Below the pieces are notes generated by a model that was not told the DNA's origin, ran no database searches, and saw only the letters and a program-made list of their open reading frames with translations. A DNA stretch of 64,000 nt from an uncultured Bdellovibrionales bacterium (GTDB taxonomy: Bacteria > Bdellovibrionota > Bdellovibrionia > Bdellovibrionales > SG-bin7). The stretch covers positions 74,209 through 138,208 of the forward strand of contig CAZCFY010000008.1 in the NCBI GenBank assembly GCA_964498095.1. The letters are read 5' to 3'. This document shows, piece by piece, positions 17,813 through 26,096 of this stretch. Every line of letters begins with the position of its first letter. Position 1 is the first letter of the stretch. The position numbers and the translations under genes were made by a program.

Positions 17813-18703
17813 TCAGATTTCGGTCTCCAATCGAAAAAGATCTATGTTCAAACATACAACTTCTTTGGCTGGAGAAGCCTTACATATTTCCAAAGATTTT
17901 TCTATGCTCTTCGATAAAATTTCGCGAATCTTCGCAAAATCTTCAATCGACATAGACATTGGTGAGGTAAAAAAAAGTTCACGTGTCTCTCGCGAATCCA
18001 TTTTTTGAATCGCTTTCATTCGCCAGTTCGTGTGGTGCTTTACTACGAGTGGTGAATCGTTTGCTATGTAAACAAATGTGGTTCCCGGTTTATATTTTGG
18101 ACCTTTGCGCTCACAAATTCCCGTGCGCACTAAAAAATCCAAGATCTCTTCTGCTTTCAGACGCGATAATTGGAATCGACTTGCAATTTGATCTAGTGTT
18201 TGACCGTCGTCGATAAACGTCGCCGAAAATATCGCCACATATATCCAACTTGAATAGAATATGGCGCGGTCGTGCGCCGAAAGTTCTGTGTGCTCTCCGA
18301 CGCGGGACTTTACCTTGGAGCGTTCGGCAAGAATCTCTTCTTTTTTAGTCAGCCAATATTTTTTTGATTTTTGTGTGCCGGCTCTATCTAAATGAACGAG
18401 TGTGAAAAAATATTCTTGCTCAAGCGGAGTCATCTTTAAGACGTCAGCAAGTTCCTTGGCTTGATCGAAATTTAGATTCTTAATACCAGAAATTACGTGC
18501 CCAAGGTAACTCGGGTGGACTCCGACAGCTGCAGCTATTTTTGAAAGATTTGATAAACCGGAATCCTTTAAAAACTCGATATGTTTGCGTAGATACGCGC
18601 GATAGTCTGAAAATTCGAAGAGATTGGCAGCTTGATCCATTGTGACCAATCGGTCATATTTGGCCATACCTTTAGACAAAAAAGATATGGAAAATAATAT
18701 CAC
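17813..18703 (-). CDS. TIGR02147/DUF4423 family HTH protein
   Basis: FSDYRAYLRKHIEFLK ... LSKIAAAVGVHPSYLGHVISGIKNLNFDQAKELADVLKMTPLEQEYFFTLV. It is a paralog of the truncated gene at 1-351. The true start may be the internal Met at 18640. Confidence 0.7.
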   Translation of the reverse strand: MILFSISFLSKGMAKYDRLVTMDQAANLFEFSDYRAYLRKHIEFLKDSGLSNLSKIAAAVGVHPSYLGHVISGIKNLNFDQAKELADVLKMTPLEQEYFFTLVHLDRAGTQKSKKYWLTKKEEILAERSKVKSRVGEHTELSAHDRAIFYSSWIYVAIFSATFIDDGQTLDQIASRFQLSRLKAEEILDFLVRTGICERKGPKYKPGTTFVYIANDSPLVVKHHTNWRMKAIQKMDSRETRELFFTSPMSMSIEDFAKIREILSKSIEKSLEICKASPAKEVVCLNIDLFRLETEI

Positions 18704-18752
18704 ACCGCATTATATTGGCGTAAAGATTGAATAACCTAACCCTGGAGCTTTT

Positions 18753-19925
18753 ATGAAGAACCTATTGAACATGACCATCCTAACAGTGGCTATTACTTTT
18801 ACGCCTCTGACACTTTTTGCAGGTGGCGGTGGGCCCGGCGGTGGATCTTATGTGAATCTACTACGCTATCATGGATTTTCACATGTCATTTACATGAATA
18901 GACCGGTCACATTTAAAAGTTATAAAGAATATCAAAATGAATTTTTTAAAAGTTTTTACGATGGAATGGACAAACTTGAAGAGTTAGTAAAAAAGGGTAA
19001 TAAATTTAAGGATCGAGCGGGCCACCAAGTTGACTTTACTTTAAAACATATTTTTGAGGCTAAAAAAATTGCTGAATCGATTCGTTCACCACGTCCTTTT
19101 GAGCAACGCTTTCGTGTTGAATATGGACTACAAGACGCTCCGACAATGACACATGAGTCGCCGCTTACCGCAAAAAATAGTTTAGAAGATTTAAATGGCG
19201 TAGTAACTTTTAATCCTGTCCAGTGGGAAAATATTTCGGCTATCATTGATCTACCAATAAACGTGAGGGCCATTAAGGAAGCTATCGCCGTGCATGAAGT
19301 AATTAGCCTTTTAGGAATTGAACGCACAAATTATTATCCGGTATCAAGTGCGTTGTTGGACGATAATTTGATTGGCTATAATACGGATATTTATCACCTG
19401 CAGGAGCAGATTATTGTAGAAGCAGCTACAAAATTTTTGAGTTTACGTGCCAAAAAGGAATTGGAATATGAAACTCCAGTCAGTGACATAGATATCTTTT
19501 GGTTTCAAGATTTGCCAAATTTCTATGACGAAAATGCGGCCAATATCTTGGATTGGGATAAAGTGGAACGTGTATTGGAAACCACCTGCAAACAAAAACC
19601 GGGATTTAAATCGATCAAATGTTACAGTGACGCGATGATGGCGGTTGCCTTTGGTGATGTTCCGAAGTTTGAAAAAGACCTTCAAACGCTAGTGGCGACT
19701 CAAGAGGACAAGCTAGGTCTGTTCTGCAAGGTCGATAACATAAGATTAGAGAATGCAGAAACTTTTCCATTAACTCAAATTTGGAATTTGGAAATGAAAT
19801 GCCAAACGCGAACACATTACAAGCTCAAGCAAGGTTTGCGAGTGAGAATAGGCTCGAGTACCAAAATTGAAATTGACGCGCCTGTTGAGGTTAATGAACC
19901 AATTTATTTTGAGCCGAAGTGGTAG
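18753..19925 (+). CDS. exported hypothetical protein
   Basis: Signal peptide MKNLLNMTILTVAITFTPLTLFA followed by a GGGGPGGG linker. 390 aa, no recognised domain. Confidence 0.55.
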   Translation: MKNLLNMTILTVAITFTPLTLFAGGGGPGGGSYVNLLRYHGFSHVIYMNRPVTFKSYKEYQNEFFKSFYDGMDKLEELVKKGNKFKDRAGHQVDFTLKHIFEAKKIAESIRSPRPFEQRFRVEYGLQDAPTMTHESPLTAKNSLEDLNGVVTFNPVQWENISAIIDLPINVRAIKEAIAVHEVISLLGIERTNYYPVSSALLDDNLIGYNTDIYHLQEQIIVEAATKFLSLRAKKELEYETPVSDIDIFWFQDLPNFYDENAANILDWDKVERVLETTCKQKPGFKSIKCYSDAMMAVAFGDVPKFEKDLQTLVATQEDKLGLFCKVDNIRLENAETFPLTQIWNLEMKCQTRTHYKLKQGLRVRIGSSTKIEIDAPVEVNEPIYFEPKW

Positions 19926-20063
19926 TTCGGCCCTTAAAATTCCGTTGGTATAGAGAAACCTATAACTAGTGCGCAGTTTATAACACTTGTTAAATGGCCA
20001 AGGCCTGCCAATCAAAGTGCGGGCCTACCTGACCAGGAATGTTTCTCGCGATTCTCGCTTCTT

Positions 20064-20137
20064 AAAGTCCTTTGGGACTTTGCCGCTCGAATCGCTCGTT
20101 TAATCGCTCACGCAGTTATCCCTCACTGCGTTCGGGC
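20064..20137 (+). repeat. modular intergenic repeat, copy 1 (degenerate)
   Basis: Mini-hairpin aaagtcc-ttt-gggacttt, then the arm-like gggactttgcc, then the tail motif tttaatcgctcacgcagttatccctcactgcgttcgggc shared with the other copies. Confidence 0.45.
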
Positions 20138-20222
20138 TTGACATAAACTTTGAGAAAATTCGACTCAAAATTTTCGTCAAGCCATTAACTTTTCCAAAAA
20201 TCGAATTTCTTCATTTTAATAG

Positions 20223-20602
20223 GATTTACCTGTGTTTTAGGTAATAGAATTCCATCCTCTAGCAGAGAGTTAATGAGGCGATCTGATTTTTTTCACAGGT
20301 TCGAATGAATTACCATATCTTCGACGGAATTTGTTATACTCAAGATGCGGATCGTAAAACATGCCAAGGTCAAAGCTTGAGCCCAAGAAGAGAGGACAGG
20401 ACCCGGGGCCATCGGTACATTTCAAGGACACGAGACGTATATTAACGGGTACTTCGGGTATTGTGACGGCCAGAAACTCCGAAGCGAAACGCCGCAATCG
20501 GTGGGATCAGCTCCATCACCATAGATCGCCGCGAAAGTTATAAGTCCCTATATGGGCGGTAGTAGCGGGGCTGATCAGCGACTGGTTTTACACAGGTAAA
20601 TC
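20223..20602. other. ORF-poor 380-bp interval bounded by a 13-bp perfect inverted repeat (MITE-like element or closing helix of a structured RNA)
   Basis: gatttacctgtgt at 20223-20235 pairs with acacaggtaaatc at 20590-20602. The only ORFs inside (20270-20497 minus, 20361-20543 plus) overlap each other and have non-protein-like composition. Confidence 0.25.
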
Positions 20603-20683
20603 TATTCGACATGAGGCAAACCGTTCGCTGTTATTACTTCCTGAGGCATCACAAGTAATTGAAAGAGATTTACCTTGTATCGA

Positions 20684-20866
20684 TTAAACGGGGTCAGCAC
20701 CTTTAATGACGACCCATAGGTTTCCGGCTTCATATGGCTGTTCTCCTTTATGATCGACCATTGTAATAGATAAACTGCCATCTCTTTGGATTTGGCTAAA
20801 AATCTGTGTTTTAGCAAAAGCGGGAGCGGAAAGAATAAGTGAAAGAAAAATGATTAGTGATTTCAT
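20684..20866 (-). CDS. small exported protein (60 aa)
   Basis: Signal peptide MKSLIIFLSLILSAPAFA. The signal peptide is paralogous to the adjacent gene. Confidence 0.4.
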   Translation of the reverse strand: MKSLIIFLSLILSAPAFAKTQIFSQIQRDGSLSITMVDHKGEQPYEAGNLWVVIKGADPV

Positions 20867-20883
20867 TTGAAACTACTTCGATT

Positions 20884-21156
20884 TTACTTACAGACGCAGA
20901 CGCGTTGGCCATCATCGCGTAACTTTCGTTGAACACAAACTCCGGCACGATCCATCGTATAGCAAGCGGTACCGACGGGTAAGCTTAAGCAAGTGTCAGA
21001 ATCAAGGTTACAGATTTTCTCGCTTGATTCACATTTTACCTTTGATTCCTCATTTGCCAGAACAATGGCAGTTTCACCGGCCTTGAGAGATATTACTTGG
21101 CTAGCGAAAACAGTTGATGAAAGAGCGATTGAAAGAAGCACCACTAAAGATTTCAT
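20884..21156 (-). CDS. small exported cysteine-rich protein (90 aa)
   Basis: Signal peptide MKSLVVLLSIALSSTVFA. The mature part carries 9 Cys (KCESSEKICNLDSDTCLSLPVGTACYTMDRAGVCVQ...RVCVCK). Confidence 0.5.
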   Translation of the reverse strand: MKSLVVLLSIALSSTVFASQVISLKAGETAIVLANEESKVKCESSEKICNLDSDTCLSLPVGTACYTMDRAGVCVQRKLRDDGQRVCVCK

Positions 21157-21234
21157 AAAATCCCCCTGCGAAGAGAAATTCTAGCTAAGGGAAATAAGAG
21201 ATTCAATGGGAGTTTTTGATGAAACTCTAGGCAC

Positions 21235-21376
21235 TCAAGGCAGGCGGACTTTGCTCGTTCAAGGCGAAATCTGCTCGCCTGTGGAGCGAATCTATGATTC
21301 GCTTACGCTCTCAGATTTCGCATTGTCTGGCTAACGCCTTTCGCCCCGGCGGGCGCTTTAATTGCTCACGCACTTA
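21235..21376 (+). repeat. modular intergenic repeat, copy 2
   Basis: Starts with tcaaggcaggcggactttgc. The hairpin has arms gcgaaatctg (21264) and cagatttcgc (to 21321), with an inner perfect stem agcgaatc/gattcgct. Tail motifs are ctggctaacgcc (21327-21338) and tttaattgctcacgcactta (21357-21376). Confidence 0.55.
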
Positions 21377-21676
21377 TGTCTCGCATTCGCGTCGACGTAT
21401 GAATTGGCAGTTGAGTTTTATCAAGAGGCGAAGCCAATGAGAATGCCGTATCATTTGAAAGAACAATTTGAGAGAGCGAGTTCTAGTGTTGTACTGAACC
21501 TTGCTGAAGGTTCGGCAAAGCCCACAGCAAAGGATAGAGTAAAATTCTATCGCATTGCACCTGGATCGCTTCGCGAGTGCCAAGGAGTATTGGCGCTCGT
21601 ACAAAATCAAATGCTTTCGCAGAAAGCGGATTATGTTGGAGCTTGTTTGTATAAGCTTAGTAAGAAAACCGTTTAG
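21362..21676 (+). CDS. four-helix-bundle protein (23S rRNA intervening-sequence protein / TIGR02436 family)
   Basis: YELAVEFYQEAKPMRMPYHLKEQFERASSSVVLNLAEGSAKPTAKDRVKFYRIAPGSLRECQGVLALV matches the family pattern (..Q..RAa.S...NiAEG......d...F..iA.GS..E). The N-terminus looks short and overlaps repeat copy 2. Confidence 0.75.
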   Translation: MLTHLCLAFASTYELAVEFYQEAKPMRMPYHLKEQFERASSSVVLNLAEGSAKPTAKDRVKFYRIAPGSLRECQGVLALVQNQMLSQKADYVGACLYKLSKKTV

Positions 21677-21684
21677 CGGCTTTC

Positions 21685-22686
21685 TTATTTTAGCACTTTA
21701 CCGTCGATTTCAAAGTCGATGATTTTTACTTCAGGAAATTCATAGAACATATCAAAAAGGGGAGTTTCTGCACTTGCGACTTCAAATGAAGAGCCATTTA
21801 GCCAAGTTTCAGCGCCCTTTTTGAATTTTAAAACTAAACGACCGTCTTTAAAAGTATGGCCAATATAAAGAGACTTTAGCTCTGGATTGGGATTAGAAAG
21901 GTTTTGTTTTAGCTCCTCTTTGTTAACCCCTTTTAAGAAGGTGTTCACGATTAAATCTACGTTTTTTAGATCTGCTGGAATTGTCCGAGATTTTGATTTT
22001 TCAATTTTTTGGGTTTTAGCATTGAAAAACCGTAAATAAATTCCTTTGCCAAAACCGGAAGTTAAGTGTGCGCCCAGTACTTTAATTAGGTCATGATGAG
22101 CATATTCGGCGCCGAAGTTTGGATGGCGAACAAAGACGACTACGCGGTCGCTAAAGGGGCTTTTTAGATAGCCGAGGGCCACTGTGGGGTTTGGCATATG
22201 AGCCGGAGAGGTTTCTCCAATTTGTTTTGACCCTAGTTTCTTCGAGTTTAAAAATACCTTATTGATCGGGCCCATGTCTGATTCGATTTTTTTAAAACTA
22301 ACATCAAGCTCATCGTCGCCAAATTTAATCGGGAATTTTTGTAGTTTATATTCAGTTCCCGAATGTAAATCGTACTTTTTCTTAAAGTCAGCAATTTCCT
22401 TAGTATACTTTTTTTGTATTTCTGAAAGAGATGGTTTTGGCCCTATTGGGTGATCAAAATCGCCAACCAAATGTTTCATTTCACTCGTATCTGTTTTAAG
22501 GCTAATGGTTACAAGGCTGAGACTTTGGTAACCTTCAAGATAGTCTAAATAAATGTATCCAAAAATGTCTTTTTTGGAAAAGCCGATTGGGTAGATGTCG
22601 GCGACATCTGATTGAAGAAGCCAGTCGTCGGCAAGGACGAAAGAAGGTGAAAGAGATAAAAAGACTGAGAGGAGAAGGTGGTTCAT
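21685..22686 (-). CDS. exported hypothetical protein
   Basis: Signal peptide MNHLLLSVFLSLSPSFVLA. 333 aa, no recognised domain. Confidence 0.55.
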   Translation of the reverse strand: MNHLLLSVFLSLSPSFVLADDWLLQSDVADIYPIGFSKKDIFGYIYLDYLEGYQSLSLVTISLKTDTSEMKHLVGDFDHPIGPKPSLSEIQKKYTKEIADFKKKYDLHSGTEYKLQKFPIKFGDDELDVSFKKIESDMGPINKVFLNSKKLGSKQIGETSPAHMPNPTVALGYLKSPFSDRVVVFVRHPNFGAEYAHHDLIKVLGAHLTSGFGKGIYLRFFNAKTQKIEKSKSRTIPADLKNVDLIVNTFLKGVNKEELKQNLSNPNPELKSLYIGHTFKDGRLVLKFKKGAETWLNGSSFEVASAETPLFDMFYEFPEVKIIDFEIDGKVLK

Positions 22687-22717
22687 ACAGAAAGTGTGGC
22701 ATGGAATGACTTAGGAA

Positions 22718-22775
22718 TCAAGGCACCGAGGCATACAAGGCAGACAAGGTAGACAAGGCAAACGGGCAGACAAGT
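22718..22775. repeat. CAAGGC-type short tandem repeat (about five 9-bp units) in the promoter region of the 21685-22686 gene
   Basis: tcaaggcaccgaggc is followed by atacaaggc agacaaggt agacaaggc aaacgggc agacaagt. The first 16 nt are identical to 24397-24412. Confidence 0.6.
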
Positions 22776-22827
22776 ACCAACAATGAAAGCGTTACTCGTT
22801 ATTAGCCGCTGGGTATTTCGATTATAT

Positions 22828-24186
22828 TTAAAGCGAAGTTGTTTTTTTCTCTTTGGGGGTTTGGCTCTTCTTTTTCTCAATAGCTGCTTTTAGAAGATTT
22901 TTTACGTTTTCATTTTGATATCGAGCGGAATATTCGAGTACTGAAATTAAGTTCCCACCAGTTGAATAGGCGGCGTCGGGAGCAAATTTGAATTCGGGGT
23001 CAGCTCCGCCATTTAAAAGTATGGAAACTAGCATCGGATCTTTCCTTTCGACTGCATAGGCCAAGAGAGGTTTACCATTTTTATCTATTCCATTGAAGTC
23101 AGCTTCTGCAGAACTTAAAGACTTAAATGCCGACGGTGATCCTAGGTGAATTGCGGTTAAAAGGGGTGGGTCTCCAGCGGGACCAAGAAGATTTACATTT
23201 TCCTTTTTTGAAAAATCCTTTTCTAGTCCTGAAAGTGGGGTTGCCGGAAAACTTTGAAAATGGGCTAAAGCAAACTTATTGCCTTTAACGTAGTCGATTA
23301 ATGGATCATTTTCTGCAGTTAAATAAGTAAATTGGCCACCCGAATTTTTCCCAATAAATTTAAGTGCACTTACCGCCAAGACTGCAAATAAATGTCTTTT
23401 ATCGCTAGATGGGCCATTACTTTGAATTGAAACTTGCCAAGCCGGCGACTTTTTATGTTGGCGAAATGCATTTGCATTTTGAGCATCAAGGACAAGTGTT
23501 CTGTTGTAAGAAATTTCGGTTTTTGAGAAAATTCTTTCCGTACTCGACATAACTAGAGATCCATAACCATTTGATGTCGCAGTCCCTGAAGTTCTCATGG
23601 AGCCTAGAAATCCGGAGCTGGAGCCAAAAATATCAGTATTGCTTGAAAATGAAGTTGTTTGTGGTTGGTTCCATACATAGCTTGTGGTTGGTACGCTCAC
23701 GGATTGAATTTTCTGCTCACGTTGTTCATTCATATCAAAATCGAATAGAACTACGATATCTGCTTCTTGTGAGGATTGAACACTCTGATAATTTAGTAAC
23801 GAAAAGACCTGTGATAAGTACTCTTTGTAGGCGTTGTAATATATATCTCCTTCATTCTCTGATTTTTTTGCACTAAAGAATATCCTTTTGCCAGATGCCT
23901 TTGTTCCAATAAGTGCGTCGCCGGCAAGGCTGTAGATTGGGGTGGTTGCAGTAATTATATGGGATAGTTTGTCATTGCGAAAAACATAAAATTTCGATCC
24001 GTAAATTATATATGTTTCGTCGATTCCCTTCTGCGTGCGCTCAGGTTTTCCTAATATCCAGGCCACTTCGAAGACTGTCATCCCCGGTTTAATTTGAGAT
24101 TGCGCCTCCTTATTTTCGCTTAAAGATTGAAGGCCTTCACACCCTAAAGCTAAGAGAGTAGATAGCAGTAATACAAATTTTTTCAC
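22828..24186 (-). CDS. lipoprotein with a BamE/SmpA-like N-terminal segment and C-terminal ankyrin repeats
   Basis: ORF 22828-24243. A GTG at 24186 gives VKKFVLLLSTLLALGC (lipobox). IKPGMTVFEVAWILGKPERTQ is BamE-like. The C-terminus PLLTAIHLGS...DKNGKPLLAYAVERKDPMLVSILLNGGADPE is ankyrin-like. Confidence 0.6.
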   Translation of the reverse strand: MKKFVLLLSTLLALGCEGLQSLSENKEAQSQIKPGMTVFEVAWILGKPERTQKGIDETYIIYGSKFYVFRNDKLSHIITATTPIYSLAGDALIGTKASGKRIFFSAKKSENEGDIYYNAYKEYLSQVFSLLNYQSVQSSQEADIVVLFDFDMNEQREQKIQSVSVPTTSYVWNQPQTTSFSSNTDIFGSSSGFLGSMRTSGTATSNGYGSLVMSSTERIFSKTEISYNRTLVLDAQNANAFRQHKKSPAWQVSIQSNGPSSDKRHLFAVLAVSALKFIGKNSGGQFTYLTAENDPLIDYVKGNKFALAHFQSFPATPLSGLEKDFSKKENVNLLGPAGDPPLLTAIHLGSPSAFKSLSSAEADFNGIDKNGKPLLAYAVERKDPMLVSILLNGGADPEFKFAPDAAYSTGGNLISVLEYSARYQNENVKNLLKAAIEKKKSQTPKEKKTTSL

Positions 24187-24268
24187 GTTGATTTCCCTGA
24201 AAAAAATTAAATTCTTACATGAAATTCTACTTGTTTGAATCACAGCTTAGCAAATAGAATATGTTGAT

Positions 24269-24448
24269 ATGAGGCCTCTGTATAATGTAATTTTACTTGC
24301 AATTTGGATTGTTTTTACTATTGGATGCAAGACTCAAAGTGAAAAGCAGCAAGAGCCGATTACTTCTCCAGCAATTCAAGACCAAGGAATAGATAGTCAA
24401 GGCACCGAGGCAGTCAAGGCAGGCGGAATTTGCTTGCTAACTAGCTGA
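24269..24448 (+). CDS. possible small lipoprotein (59 aa, below the ORF-track cutoff)
   Basis: Manual translation: MRPLYNVILLAIWIVFTIGCKTQSEKQQEPITSPAIQDQGIDSQGTEAVKAGGICLLTS*. It has a lipobox (FTIGC). Its 3' end runs into repeat copy 3, so it may not be real. Confidence 0.3.
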   Translation: MRPLYNVILLAIWIVFTIGCKTQSEKQQEPITSPAIQDQGIDSQGTEAVKAGGICLLTS

Positions 24449-24503
24449 AGAGAGTACCTTCAGCTCCGCTACGCAAATTCCGCTTTAATTGCTGACGCAC
24501 TTA
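24397..24503 (+). repeat. modular intergenic repeat, copy 3
   Basis: Starts with tcaaggcaccgaggcagtcaaggcagg. The hairpin has arms gcggaatttgc (24423) and gcaaattccgc (to 24483), with inner stem gctgaag/cttcagc. The tail is tttaattgctgacgcactta. Confidence 0.6.
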
Positions 24504-24671
24504 CCTCGTCTTCGACTCGGCCAAGGCAAAAAGGTTCAAGACATCGAAGACAAGGAAGCGCGGCGGTCCTTATGGGGCTCGTCGTGAAGTAATGTTTGTG
24601 GCATATGCATTGCTAAGTATGTGTGAGTATATGAGACTTGTTTTTAGAAACTGTTATGAGGAGATGAGGAC

Positions 24672-25250
24672 GTGAAATTGTCTTTTAATTTTACACTAGC
24701 CGCTTTTTGGGCTTTGGTAGTTTTGCCAATCGCCCTATTTTCTGCTGAGTTTCCACTTCAAGAGGTAAATAACGGCTTTGCAAAGTCGGATGGCGATCCA
24801 AAAACCATAGCAATTTCGGTTTTGAGTGCAGATGCAGCTGATGAGCTATTTCGAGAGTTCGTCACTCATAACGAAATCTTATTCGACGTCACAAATGGCC
24901 GTTGCTCTGATAGAGCTACCGATATGGCTCAAATTGCAGAAAGTAAGAGGATTATTTTAGGAAATATATTTGCGGAAGGCATACTGAGATTAAAGAGCGG
25001 CGTTCTAAAGAAAGGTTGGATGTATCACGTCGCTCCTGTGGCCTTTGTAACTCAATCTACAGGTGAGCCAAGATTGTTAGTCTTTGACCCCGCTTTGTTT
25101 CAAAAGGCCGTCACAGTAGAAGAGTGGAGAAGCGTGATGACAGATGACTCTGGCAAAGAGCTCACAGAATCTAGAACTTATATTGGATCTCGTTTTCAAT
25201 ACTTTAGTAGACTTTTTGAACAATCAAAACAAAGCTGGGACACTGAATAG
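24672..25250 (+). CDS. exported protein, possibly protein-glutamine glutaminase-like (Cys-His-Asp papain-like fold)
   Basis: Signal/TM segment LAAFWALVVLPIALFSA. GRCSDRATDMAQIAE ... KGWMYHVAPVAFV ... LLVFDPALF resembles the C...W.YHVAP...DP pattern of protein glutaminases. Recalled from memory and not verified. Confidence 0.4.
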   Translation: MKLSFNFTLAAFWALVVLPIALFSAEFPLQEVNNGFAKSDGDPKTIAISVLSADAADELFREFVTHNEILFDVTNGRCSDRATDMAQIAESKRIILGNIFAEGILRLKSGVLKKGWMYHVAPVAFVTQSTGEPRLLVFDPALFQKAVTVEEWRSVMTDDSGKELTESRTYIGSRFQYFSRLFEQSKQSWDTE

Positions 25251-25287
25251 GGCGGTCGCGCCCAGGCGTTTAGCGCTGCTTGGAATT

Positions 25288-25360
25288 GCGGACTTTACTT
25301 GCTCTTCGCAATCCCTTGTATTGCGGGGCTCGCAAAGTCCGATTTGACAGCTGACGCTTA
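25288..25360 (+). repeat. modular intergenic repeat, copy 4
   Basis: The hairpin has arms cggactttac (25289) and gcaaagtccg (to 25341), with inner stem cgcaat/attgcg. The tail is atttgacagctgacgc. Confidence 0.55.
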
Positions 25361-25535
25361 CATGCCTCACGTACGTTCGGCGTGGGAAAAGAGGATTTGT
25401 GAGTGTGGGGGAGTGATGAGGGTGATTTGGAGCGAGGCGGAACGACGACCTGCGGAGCTTGATTGCTAGAACGGTTCGCTAGCCGCTGGCCGCTGCACCT
25501 ACTGCCCTCGTCGGGCGTTTAGCAATCTGCGCTCC

Positions 25536-26096
25536 TCATGAGGTCGTCGGATTGTCTCTTAGTATTGCGACGAAGGCATTCGCCGTGGTTTGTTTGTTGT
25601 GGATCATTGCGATGGTTCGGTGAGCTCCATCAACTAATTCGTAGTCGCCCTTGTATTTAATGGAGCTATGCCTAAGTAAAATCAGTGTCCGGAGATTTTC
25701 GTGCGGCAAATCTAAGTTTAGAAACTCATTTTTGAATGCTGGATCTTCAACATGGTTGGTATGCAGTACCTTTAAGTTATACTGACTCTTCTCTAATAGA
25801 TCCTTAACTTTGTCGGTCATCGCAGGAATGTATAGAGAAGCTAGATTCACTTCCTCTAACTTCCAATGATCTACTAGCTCAAATCTTCGATCATTTCTTA
25901 TTCCTACGGTCCATATTAAGCAGGGATTGGTATCGTTTCTAGTCGCTATGTATGCGCGTACAGCGTCGGTCAATTGTTGCTCATTACTCGGGTCCCAGTT
26001 GCTGAGGAGATCCGAAAGCTCACTGGAAGTGGATTTCAGAATTTCGGTTTCTAAAAAGTATTTCAGTACATCCCAACGGGTGTAACTTTGACTCAT
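25536..26096 (-). CDS. ParB/sulfiredoxin-fold (DGxHR) domain protein
   Basis: 186 aa, no signal peptide. The C-terminus YELVDGAHRTIAMIHNKQTTANAFVAI matches the ParB N-terminal-domain/ParB-like-nuclease core motif. The start overlaps the upstream stop (ATGA). Confidence 0.45.
   Translation of the reverse strand: MSQSYTRWDVLKYFLETEILKSTSSELSDLLSNWDPSNEQQLTDAVRAYIATRNDTNPCLIWTVGIRNDRRFELVDHWKLEEVNLASLYIPAMTDKVKDLLEKSQYNLKVLHTNHVEDPAFKNEFLNLDLPHENLRTLILLRHSSIKYKGDYELVDGAHRTIAMIHNKQTTANAFVAILRDNPTTS

Noticed and set aside
17745-20009. 13-nt direct repeat gccaaggcctgcc at 17745 and 19997 flanking the TIGR02147 gene plus the exported-protein gene, suggestive of a mobile two-gene unit
   Set aside because: A single 13-nt match between two arbitrary positions in 64 kb is expected by chance many times over. 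More likely it is just another occurrence of the CAAGGC-rich repeat leader.
20500-20640. tmRNA-like opening (ggggctgatcagcgac) and RNase P-like gaaagt..aagtccc..atatgggcgg strings
   Set aside because: There is no tRNA-like 3' end with a T-arm and CCA, and no tag reading frame ending in a hydrophobic tail. The GAAAGUCC-like string sits at the wrong end relative to the putative closing helix. The other universally conserved RNase P regions (for example ACAGAA...GGCUUA) are absent.
21362-21676. Four-helix-bundle gene as the Avd component of a diversity-generating retroelement
   Set aside because: I could find no reverse transcriptase ORF and no template/variable repeat pair anywhere in the 64 kb.
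22683-22880. 65-aa highly basic ORF spanning the 9-bp iteron array
   Set aside because: Its sequence is dictated by the tandem repeat (LVCLVYLVCLVCL) and by the 3' end of the neighbouring gene. It has no RBS and overlaps the 22828-24186 CDS.
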